Source: Callorhinchus milii (taxonomy: Eukaryota). Taken from it: a stretch of 64,000 nucleotides of DNA. A model generated the notes under the pieces. The model saw only the letters and a program-made list of their open reading frames with translations. It was not told the DNA's origin and ran no database searches. The translations under genes and the position numbers were made by a program. Location: NCBI RefSeq assembly GCF_018977255.1, contig NW_024704743.1, positions 62,498,001-62,562,000 of the forward strand. Direction: 5' to 3'. Positions 38,101 through 50,100 of this stretch are shown here, one piece after another (the first letter of the stretch is position 1; every line of letters starts with the position of its first letter).

Positions 38101-41100
38101 ATGAATAGTTTGTAGGCAAACAGAGGCAAATATATTTTACTGAATCCTGTGAGAGTGTTTTAACTTTAACTCCGAGGTTACAGTACTTGGTGTCCTGTTT
38201 GGTTAGCTAACTTTGCTTCAAGTGAAACAACATTATTACATGTTATTATTCGGCATCGGTGACGCTCCTCTGCTGGCCAGGAATGGTATTTCGGTTAACC
38301 TCGGACACCTCTTAAGTCGGACAAACCCGCCGACCTGATGTGTCCATCTTAAACGGTTTCCACTGCATTGGTATCATCAAATTACGTTGGTATTTTTTAC
38401 TTTCCTTTAGTATGGCCGTGGTCATACTATGTCCTTTGTAGTATGGTTATAAATGACACCATTGTATATCCTGAATATCACTGGGTTTGTTGAACCTGAG
38501 TGGTTGTGAAATCATTCCAAACAGCACAACCAATCAAATCTGATCATATTTATTTGACACATTACCGAATCTGATTGGGATTGTAACACTGGTCAGGTGG
38601 AGTTAGGTCATTATGTAGGAACCGCGGGATCAGTTCAATACTCTGTGTAAATGCTTCTAAGTGGAAGATGAACTTAATTGTACGCTAACTAACATCCCTG
38701 CTGCTCCAATCCCTTCCCCTGGTTCCCTGTCCAAGTTGTTCCTATGTGCAGTAATCTTTACATTTTCACAAACATTTCTATTTAATCTCAGATAGTATTT
38801 CAACTATCGTACTATCAGAAAAGCGGTTTCTTTGCCTCCTGTGGTCTAAGGGACTGAGGTTGTTTTCAGCTAATCTATATCAGGCAAGGGGCAGTATATT
38901 TGAGCAGTAGGTTTGTAAAGAGTATTTGTAGATTACCTCCTTTAATTAATGATGAATTAACATGTTTAAATAGAGATTTCACCTTATTGAAAGACATGAG
39001 GAAGATTTGTGATTAATGTAATAATGTATAATTTATCTTAATCACCAAGGATTGTTCCTTATTACATAAGTTGTGAACTCCTTGCGCTTTTTCGTATGCC
39101 TAGGTTGAAATTTCCCTAAAATACAAATAGAATGTAATCTTTGTTTAAATGTTACTGTATTTATCCAAAAGTATGTGATGTTTTCTTTATTATACAAGGA
39201 ATTGGTTTTGGACAGTTATGTGTTGTTTATTTCAGCAAATAAGCAACCAGATGCTAAGGTTCCACGACAGAGCTCGACCACTGATAAACCAAACCAGAGC
39301 TCCAAAGATGAAACGTCTCAACGTTTAACTTCTGATTCTAAAACAAAAAAATGTAAAAGCAGCTGTTCAAAATGTCTTAGCAAATTGAAAGACTCCAAAG
39401 GTATGTTAATAATAATAATCCTTGCATTTGATACAGCGCTTTTCACGTCTTCTAGACGTCTCAAAGCGCTTCACAGAATAGACTGTAAAGTGAATTGACT
39501 GTATATTTATGGGTGAAATCATGTTACTACGATTTAATATTTAAATGCACTGCGGACACTTAATTTCAGATTTAAAATGCGAAATGTTGGTACAGATCTT
39601 TAAGAGCCGAGTGTATCTCCTTTGTCTTCAACTCACAATTAAGTTGTTTTTTTTCCTCCCCTCTCTCCCTCCACTTTCTGTGGTCTGTGAATAACTTTTT
39701 GTTTTCCTTGTAGCTAATTTCCCAATTTTATTTTGAGTGTTAAGAGACTTTTTTCTTGATATTGCTGTTGACCATTAATTCAACTCTAAATGCAATGATG
39801 ATCTGAGATGTTCTATAGTGCAATACTCAGAATATAGGTTCCTGTGAGTTTGAGTAGGAATGCTGAAATATGTTCCCTATTCATATATTTAGAAAACGTG
39901 TTTTCCAGTTGTCCAAACCTATTTTCATGGAAGTTTCCGAATTCATCTTGCTCACTCCTCCATGGCTCCCATCCCACTATCCAGATTACTGCCACCCTAT
40001 TGAATCTCTATTGAATATTCAATGGCATGTTACCTTTATTGTGAATTCTGATACAATTTGGTAGGCTAATTTGACCAATTTAAAAATCCATTAGGATAAG
40101 TCTCATCTTGCCAGTCATTTCATATATTAAATTTCATAGTTTTGTTGTGGCAGCCAAATTATTTATCCCTGAATGCGTCCACTGATATTTTTTTCTTATT
40201 TTCACTGACTCGTGAAACAACTGGTCTTTACATTTTCCTTTAGTGTAGTGTCAGCTGAACGTTGACAAGATGAAAGCCATACTCTGGCTCTCATCAACGT
40301 CTAAAATCACATGGTTCTCACCTCCTTCACCTACCTGATCTCCCCCTAAAACTCTCCGAATCCGTATGCAACCTAGGCGTCAGGTTCGACCACCAACTAT
40401 CCTTCCTCCCGCACAATCCGATCCCTCACCAGCACCACTTTCTTGCACCTACGACGCATCACCTGTCTCCGCCAATACCTCACTCCAAAAGCCGCCGAAA
40501 CCCTGGTCCATGCCTTTGTCACCTCTCGGCTGGACTATTCAAACGCCCTCCTCACCGGTCTCCCCTCCACTACCATTCATAAAATCCAGGTCATTCAAAG
40601 CTCTGCCGCCAGCATTGTTACCCGCACCAAACTTTGCTCCCCGATTACCCCAGTCCTTGCCAGACTGCACTGGCTGCCTGTCCCAGAGAGGATCGAGAAG
40701 ATCCTCACCCTTGTCTTCAAATGCCTCCACTCCTCTGTCCCTCCCTACCTCTCTGACCTCTCTCTTCACAACAGTGCCCATTGCCTTCGTTCCACCGGGT
40801 CTGACCTTGTCCCCCAAGTCCTCCGCTCCACCATTGGCGGCCGTGCCTTCAGCCACTATGCCCCGAGGCTCTGGAACTGCCTTCTCGCTCCCTTCGCCTC
40901 GCCCCCTCTCTTCCTATTTTCAGGTCTTGGCTGAAGACCTTTCTTTTCGACCGTGCCTTTGGTCACCTTCCTCCCCCTCCTCCTGGCTCGGTCCCGGGAT
41001 CCATTACTGTGAAGTGCTCTGAGACGCCGTTCGGCATGGAGGGCGCTATATAAATCCAAGTTGTTGTTGTAATGAATAGATTTGTTTTAAAACTTAACAA

Positions 41101-44100
41101 AACATTTTTTTTTAATTCATTGGCATTGACTGGAGTTGTGATTTGCTTTGGGTATAAATACCAGTTTTAGTGTGATAATTCAGTAGAATGCGTGAACCTT
41201 TTAATATTACAAAATAAAAGCTTGAGAACTGCACTATGAATAAAAATGTAGGTTAGCTTCATCTTATATTGTCTTAATTTATACTAACCTAGACATAAGC
41301 AGCACCAAGTTCCTCTTAGTGGCCTTGCACTGCAATTAAACACACATATGATCTACTTTATTTTCAATAAATTCCTTTGTCATAATTGATTGAATATCTT
41401 TTAAAAACTGATTGTTTATTTTACATTATTGTTCAGATTCCAGAGGTTTACAACGGGTTTCCTTGAGTAGCAGACATGAGGGCGATCGATTGGAAAGGTC
41501 CAGTTCCTATGATAGAGCTGGAGCAAGTTCAAGCCATTCTGGCCATGGTTATTCCTCCAGAGGTACGTACATTACTCTCCAAGATTTGGTCAAATTAACG
41601 GGAGATGATCCGCAAAAAACTGTCAGGACACTATCAGGACAATTATCTTCTTCATTTTGAGCAGGCATCTGAACGTGGTTCCAAAACAATAATGTAGATT
41701 CCTCTACAAAAGGAAAAGGACAAATCTTATTCACAGTATTTCGTGGTCCCCAACTATTTTTATGTTTCAGTCCAAGTATTTTCTATGTGAGTTCTGAATT
41801 TAACAATAGCTCTGAGCAATAACAACAAAATTATGTTTCTATAGCACCAAGGCGCTGGATAGTCAGTGTTTCGGATCAAAGCTGGGGTCAAGATTGGGGA
41901 AGGTGGAGGGCAGGCAGGGAATCAGGGAGATCGAAAACATGGTTGAAGGTGAGGGTCTTGAGATGAGTCTTGAAGGTGGTAGGGAGGGGGCTGAGGCGGA
42001 GGGATTGCGGGATGGAGCTCCAGAGGGTGGGGGCAGTGTAACAGAAAGCCCGCCCACCAATGTTGGGGTGGGCAAGGCGGGGGACATGAAGCAGGCTGGA
42101 TTCCGCTGAGCGGAGGGAACGGGCAGAATGGTAGGGGGTTAGGAGGTCGCAGATGTAGGGGGGAGTAAGGCCATGGAGACCTTTGAAGGTGAGGACCAGG
42201 ATCTTGAACTATATCCTCTGATGGAAAGCCAGTGGAGTCGGGCGAGGATGGGGGTTATAGGGTCACTGAGCCTGGTGCGGGAAATGACAGGCTTCAGAGT
42301 TCTGGATGATCTACTGCTTATGGAGGGAGGAGTTGGGGAGGCCGACAAGCAAGGAGTTTGCATAGTCGAGCCCCAATGTTTTGAATGCATGTATGAGGGT
42401 TTCAGCGGCCTGCGATGAGAGACAGTGGCGGAGGCGGGTGATGTTGCAGTGGTGGGGAAGGCAGAATGGGTCAAGGCACGGATATGGGTTAGAAGGGATA
42501 GTTGAGGGTCAAACAAGATGCCAAGGTTCCAGACTGGCTTAGTAAGGTGGCAATGCCTGAGTTGTGGAGGCACTGACGGGAGCCAATCAGGAGAGCCTCG
42601 GACTTGTTGACTTTCAACTGAAAAAAGTTAGCTCTCATCCAGGACTTGATGTCTGACAGACATTCTGTCAAGACAGCAGTGGTCCTGGAGTCACGGGTGG
42701 AGACAGAGAGATAGAGTTGGATGTCATCCGCATACATATGGAAGTTGACCCCACGTCTGCGGATGATGTCACCTAGAGGGAGCATATAGATATTGAAGAG
42801 GAGAGGGCCAAGGACAAAGCCTTGAGGAACACCGCACGAACGGTGCTGGGTCTAGAGGAGAAACCGTTTGTGGAGATAAAGTGGAGTTAGTGTGAGAGGT
42901 ACAAACTGAACTAGTCAAGTTCAGAGCCGTGAAGGTTGAGGTGAGAGGAGAGGCGGTGGATGAGGATAGAGTAGTCAACTGTGTCAAAGGCAGCAGAGAG
43001 GTCAAGTAGGACGAGGAGCAAAAACAAAAGATTTTGTAATGATATGATTAAAAATAAATTAAGTGCAGTAGTATTAACTTTGCCGTCATGTCGTTTAGTG
43101 AGCTGGTCCACAGAATATTAACTCTTTTGAATGTCTGGAATAGGTAAGCGAATTGAATTGGATAGATCCTCAAAGAGGAAAAGAAGTGAAAGCAGAAGCG
43201 AGAGAGACCGAGACAGATATTCAGACCGATATATATCGAGAAGGCAAAGCAAATGGGAATCTGAATACAATTACAAAAGAAGGGAAACATTGAGGTAATG
43301 CAATGTGCTCTATAAACAATAATGTTTTACTCAACAGTAATGCGTTACTCAAATGCACTCCTCGCTGATCTCTCCAGCTCCACTATTAAACGATCCAGCT
43401 CATTCAGAACTCTGCTGCCTCCATACTGACCCTGACCAAACTCTGTACCCCCATCTCACCAGTTCTGGCCAGACTCCACTGGCTCCCCATTACCAAGCGG
43501 ATCAACTTCAAGATCCTCACATTCATATTCAAATCCCTTCACTCTCTGGCACCTCCCTACCTCTCCAACCTCCTCACTCCCTAATCCACCACCCGGTGCC
43601 TCCGCTCAACTGGCACCGGCCTGCTGCTCGTCCCTCACATCCTCCGCCCAACCATCGGAGATTGCGCTTTCAGCCACTAAGCCCCGAAACTGGAACACAC
43701 TTCCTCAATCCCTCCGCCTTGCCCCCTCTCCCCATTTTTCTGCCTGAAACCCTTCCTCTTCAACTGTGCTTTTGGTCACCTCCCCCCCATCCACCCCGCC
43801 CGGTTTGGAGTCAGCCTCCGCCACTGTTAAGCACTAAACAAACGGTAGCGGTTCAACTTGTGTCAAGGAAATTGGGGGAAATAGTTTTTTCTCTCCTGAG
43901 GGTAAGATGGAGTTAAGACATGGAGCAAGATTAGAGAATGTGATGCTGACCTAGGGTGGTGTCCTCCCCAGATAAAATTGGTCATTAACTTCATGGCAGG
44001 TTGAGAAACTTTGCTGAGTGCTAATTGGATGCTATGTTCCCCTGGGAAACATCGAATCCCAGACAATACCAGCTCCTCTGGAAGTGTGTCCCAATTCCAC

Positions 44101-47100
44101 CCTTGCTCCACAACCTTTTACATTATCAGAGGTTTAGCCTTTCCATTTAAAATATTATCATCTCAGCTTCAAAGCCATTTGTGCCAACAATCTCACCAGG
44201 TGAACTGGTCATTCATCCCATAACTGGTTGTGAAAATGGCGGCTAAGTTTTCCTTCAAAAACAAAACACTTTGGTGTTTCAACGTACTGAAGCTCGATAG
44301 CAATGGAGCTTTTTCCTATCTTTTTTCTGCCTGACTTAGAAAGGAAATAAAATGGGCTAATTTCTCATGTCAATTATACTTGTGTGTAGGCAGCGATTGG
44401 CATACCAACCATTTAAAAAAAAATGCCAAAGTGGTGTGGGTCTGCTTTGATGAATTTAATACTTAGAGATCCGCTGAATGGAAGATGCTGATTCCTGGTA
44501 TATTGTCTTTTGAGTCAAAGTTGGTGGGTTCAAATCCTGCGCCGGGACTTGGAACTCGTGTAGGCTAAGCTGCCACTCCATTGAAGTGCTGGGGTGTGCT
44601 GCATTGTTGGAGGTGCCATCCTTCAGATGAGACATTAAATTGAGGTCCTGTCTATTTGCCCGTCAGCGGTTTTAGGTGCTCTTACTTGGAGTAAGAGATC
44701 TCCCAAGTACACTTCTAAAATGTGCATCTTGGCAGGTTACTCTAGAACAGTGGTGGCCTGCAGGGATGTCATGATTAATGCCTAATGGTGAGAAGAGTAG
44801 GATATGGTTTGCTGAAAATGAGACTCATCATGTCGTATATATGCTGATGTTAATGCAGTATGTTAGTGATGAATTCAGTATAAAAATGCATTTGTCTTTC
44901 AGTTGGAGCTATCGAGATGACCGAAGATCTACTAGCAGTTATAGTACATCTGACAGTGATGGCAGCACATCTGATAGTGATCACAGATCTTACAGTAATC
45001 CCAGATCTGATAGTGGTCGCAGGTCTGATAGTGACAGCACATCTAACACAGATTGCAAATATCATGATGATGAAGAAAGGGTAAGTGATGATAAGAATGT
45101 TTGCAGTGTTCAGCTTTTCAAAGCCTTATACGTAAATCTGGATTTAATTTTCCAACATGTTAAGAATGTTGTTTGTGCTTTAAATGTTGTGATTAAATAA
45201 AATAGTTAAATCCTTTTCTCTATTAGAAGTACAGGTACCATAATTTTGTATTTCTTAACGTTTGCAGTTACATTCATATGAAGTGAGAACTTGTTGTTTT
45301 ATAATTACAAAGTCCACATTCATGAAGTCGAGGTCCAAACAGTGAGGTGGTTTATGTTTAAAAAGGGGGAAATGCTGGGGTGGCTGGGGGGTTCTGGCCT
45401 ACACGGACCTGTTGCTGAGCATCCTGGAAATGAATCAGTGTTATGGTGGGCATATCTATTTACCAATCTGCTCACAGGAAAACCTGAATTTAGTAGTTGA
45501 TATTGAGTAAACATTTGGCATTGGATCTCCAGAATATCAAGATGACTGTCACATCACAAGTTGCCCTGTATAGGTCCTCCCACCACCCTGAATTCAGGGA
45601 TCCTTTGAGTAGCTGCTGAAGGAATGCTGCAGTTTGGGACGACAGCTGCTGGAAAACATTACCTGCAATCTAAGTTCATGAACACACACTCGTATTCAGG
45701 GCTTGGTATGCACTTTGTTTAGTATACAGAGGGTGCTGGTTTGAGTGAGAGCTCAATTGGATGTCAATTTACCAATAATTTAACATTTCCTGGAGGAAGG
45801 GGGAGAGGAAAACTGCTTGGCTACAGAATGTCAGAATTTAGTCATCCCTTTGTAGTAGTTCTTGAGCTTGGAGAGTCAGCAGTACTCCAGGGCACTCCAG
45901 CCTGATTCATCATTACAATTTGGAAGGGCAGACCAGTCACTGGGAGCAGGGATTCTTTCCACTCAGCTCCCGTTAACCCTGCAAGCCACCTCACCCAACA
46001 GGTAAATTGGTCCTAGTTTGGCAGAGTGCTGTATTTGTGACCCCATATTTCTGTGTCAATCTAATCCAACCAGTTCTGAGGAGAAAATATTTCTTTATTT
46101 CCCAGCAAACTCATTATCAACCAAAGGACAGCATAAAAGGAGAGTTTATAGATTATTTGGTGAGTACAGATGTTTTAAGTCTTTAATATAATAATACTTA
46201 TATTTGGTATAGCTGAGGACATTTCAAAATGCTCACAGGATATACTGTATGGTAAAGTGCAGCAACTGTTTTGTGGGTGAATGCAGCAGGCAATTTACAT
46301 TCAGCAATGTCCTCAAAACAGCCAATAATATAGAAATTCATAAGAAAATGGAACAATTAAGAACTAGAATATTTGAAAATGGAGCATTTAATTAAATGGA
46401 GCACTTTTTGTAGAAGTTTAAAGATAGTCAGGAAAAAAGCCAGTTACGGACAATCAACCGATAGGATGTACTTAAAAATAATTCCAAAATGAATGTTAAA
46501 TTCTACTTTGAAGAACACAGCTGAGCTAATTTAGAGATAAATAGACGCTGACCAACAAAACAGACTTTCAAACTAGTGGCTATTCTACAATTACGATTGG
46601 CAAAACTATAGCCCAGTTTTTTGTTTACAATCATTTGGGAATTATATATTTAAGACTAGTAATTGTCTTAACATAAAATTACAGAATTTTCTGGTGAAGA
46701 ATGTTAAGTAGCTGCTATCTGCAATTATACAAAAAACTGAAGTATATTCCTCCAATTAGCTTCTGAATGAGAAAGCTGTACATCTATCTATTTATTATCA
46801 TGCATTTAAAAAGTCCATGGGACTGTCCCTTTCCACACAAACAAGCCATGTATCCATGCATCAAAGTCCCACAGGGTAGATGTTCACCGACAAAAACACA
46901 GTCACTAAACTTTACAGTAAATCGTGTCAAGAGTTTTGAGATGGCCTAACAGGAAAGGTGCTACAACAAAGCAACAATAATAATAAAGGTGCTACAACAA
47001 TAATAATATTATTATTTTATTATAGAAATGTTGAATAGTCTCGCAGGATACTTTTGGTGCTGACTCTTTAGTATTCTTTCTGGGTATGGGAAAATTTAGA

Positions 47101-50100
47101 CTGTGACAGTTCTGTTCTCTTAAGCTATTCTTTTGATCTGTTTCTGTAACAATTTGCATTTATGCAGTAATACAATTGAGACAAATAGCAACATTTGACT
47201 TTGAAATCGGCCTCTACCTTTAAACACCCTGAGAACTTGTCTTAGGGGCTGATTGTGTGGGAAGGAACAGTCCTGTGGATTCTTTAAATGTTTGACAGTC
47301 AATGGATGCAGAGCTGGAAAAAAAACAACTTACAATGTTGCAAGGACAGACCTGGTTTATTTCACTTCAGATCTTTATAGGGCCAGAGACATGATTTTGA
47401 AGTATTGCCTAAACCGGTAGGAATGCAGAGCAAAGTACTACCTAAATGCAGCACAAAGTTGTTTCAGGAAGTGAAATTTCTACATATACATTGTAATTTC
47501 CCATGCATTATATTTCAGAAACATTTTCATATAATAAGTGATGTTGATGCCAAGCAGGTGGAGGCTCTTATGTATAAACTTAGCAATGGATTGGTGGAAT
47601 ATCGTCAAAAACTCCAGAACATTAAGGTATAGTTAAAGAAAAATGTTTCCTCCAGTATATTCATGTGGCTTTCTTTTTTTTCTCCCTTCTCTCTAATTCT
47701 GTCTCCTTATTCCTCCTCTCCTAAAATAATAATAATCCTTGTATTTGATATAGCGCTTTTCACGTCTTCTAGACGTCTCAATGTGAGTGCTCTAACCACT
47801 GAGCTACAGAGATAATGCTGGGGGCTGCTTTATGAGTGAGCCAATCCGTTGGCCAAATGGTCATTTCAGACATGAGCTTTGACCCTATCAATAAACACAC
47901 AGTTCTATCTCGTGATGGGTAGTGATCAGAAACTCCTCTTTCCAAAGCAGGAAGCCACAGACTAAATGTAACATTTCATTATTTCAAGATATTTCAGATT
48001 TGCTTGATCTGTATTGATGTGTCCTACTATAATATGCATTCAACCATTGAGCTGTTAAGATGAATTGAGGTAACATTTGCATGCTTTTGTTTTGCTTAGC
48101 GTTCCATTCTGAAAATGTGTAAATGGTCTACAGTCTCAACACACATGTCCTACTCTCTCTGAGTTCCATTGCCCTGGTGGGCCAGGATAGTAGGCAGCCT
48201 GTTTTGTTCCTCTTGTCGATGTTACTGTTTTGCTAGCTGATGTGTGCTAGCCTGGTTCAACTAATAGCACTCTCCCTTTCATGCAGGATGTTGTGGGTTC
48301 AATCCCCATGTTAGAGACTTTGAGTTCACAGTCTAGGCTGTGCTGCAGTGCAGGGGGAGCACTGCATGGTTGGATGTGCCATCCTTCAAATGAGACTTTA
48401 AACTGCCTGTTCAGGTGGATGGTAAAGATCCCATGACATGATTCGAAAAGAGAAGGTAGTTTCTTCTGGTGTCCTGGTCAACAATCCCCCGAATAAAATT
48501 GGCCATTCATTTCAAGGCTTTTTGTGAGACAGTGCCCTGTGCAAATGGGCTTCCATGTTTGCCAACACAAAACTAAAATGTATATTCCCCCACTTAGCTT
48601 CTGAATGAGAAAGCTGTAGATTCATCTACTTTACGGTGTACTACACTTGCAATTTCTACATATATATTGTCATTTCTCATGCATTATATTGCACAGCGCT
48701 TTGAGATGACCTAACGTTATAAGACTATACACCAAATGCAAGGATTATTATTAGTTACTGAAGTTCTGAATGTAAACAGGGTGACTTTTCTTTCCTTATT
48801 ATTGAATGCTCTTCTTGAATGTGAAGTTGATATGTTTATAGTCTTTGCTGCATCTGGTTTTGACACCTTTTCCTTTGCTTCATCTAGGATTCTGTAGAGA
48901 AATCAATCGGAGCTTTACAGAGTAGTGCAGGTAATTTATATTTAAAATGGTTGTGAATTCTTTGTATAACTCTGTATATTTAAGACTGGTTTCTGTTTCA
49001 AACTGGCTTATTTTGCCTAAGTGTCAATTATAAATATGTGGCGCTTGATAGTGAGTGTCCGTGAGCCATTTAACAATAGGGAGCTGAGCTAAGTATTGTC
49101 TTCATTTGCCATTCACACGCACGTGCCTCCAACGGATGTCAGCAATCTGGAGTGTGAAGCCTGGATTATTTTCTTCTCTTTAAATGAAGGGGTTCCGTGA
49201 GATTAACAGATGAGACCATCAACTTCATGATAGGATTCAGTCCTACAGCTGAATGCTTTATCACTTTATAGGATATTCTGTGCAGCCCTTTGAAATGTCT
49301 CAACGACGTGATAAGGCGCTATATCAAATGCAAGGATTATTATTATTGTCGCCTTTCTGAGAGAATCCCTATGCCCGAACTGACTTCAATTAGGAACAGT
49401 CCAGGGTTGATGGTGGACTGCCTGCCTGGCCCATAAATGAGACTAACTTTTGTCTTCAACCCTGAGAGCCAAGTGTGATTATAACTGAATGTGTACAGGT
49501 GTGCGAGCATTCAACTTCCAAAAGCTAATAACATGTCCACTTAATTGCAACACACTGAGACCAGGACCTAGAATCTATGCATACATGGATCATATTTCAC
49601 GTAGATTTTTTTGGGCCCAATTATGCAGATCTCTAGAATTTCCATTGTAGATGGTATGCATGGAACTCTCGGTTTGATTTGGATACTCGTAAGCATGGGT
49701 TTGTGCATCTGTCAGACACCTTGCTAACCAAAAAAACTGCAAAGAGTCAACTGGAAGGAATATGAGAAAGGTGGTTAATGTGCATCAGAAAAAAGGGAGA
49801 AAGTCAGGAACTGTGGGGCACACTGGGAAAGATGAGGGCTGGTTATATATTGTATTTTGGATGATAATCTGATATCTGGACTTTTTTCTTATCTACAGTA
49901 TGACAGGTTCCAATTAGTGAGCATTTAAATGGGAAACATTAAAAAATTGATGTTTGTATATTTTTAACATATTGGCTTTAACATCTTTGTAAATATTGTG
50001 AACGTGGCTAGATTCTTGCCCTAGCACCTCTTACCTGCTCATACCCCATTGCCCATCACTTTCACACAGCTGGCTCCGGTCTCCTGCACGTCTCTCATCC

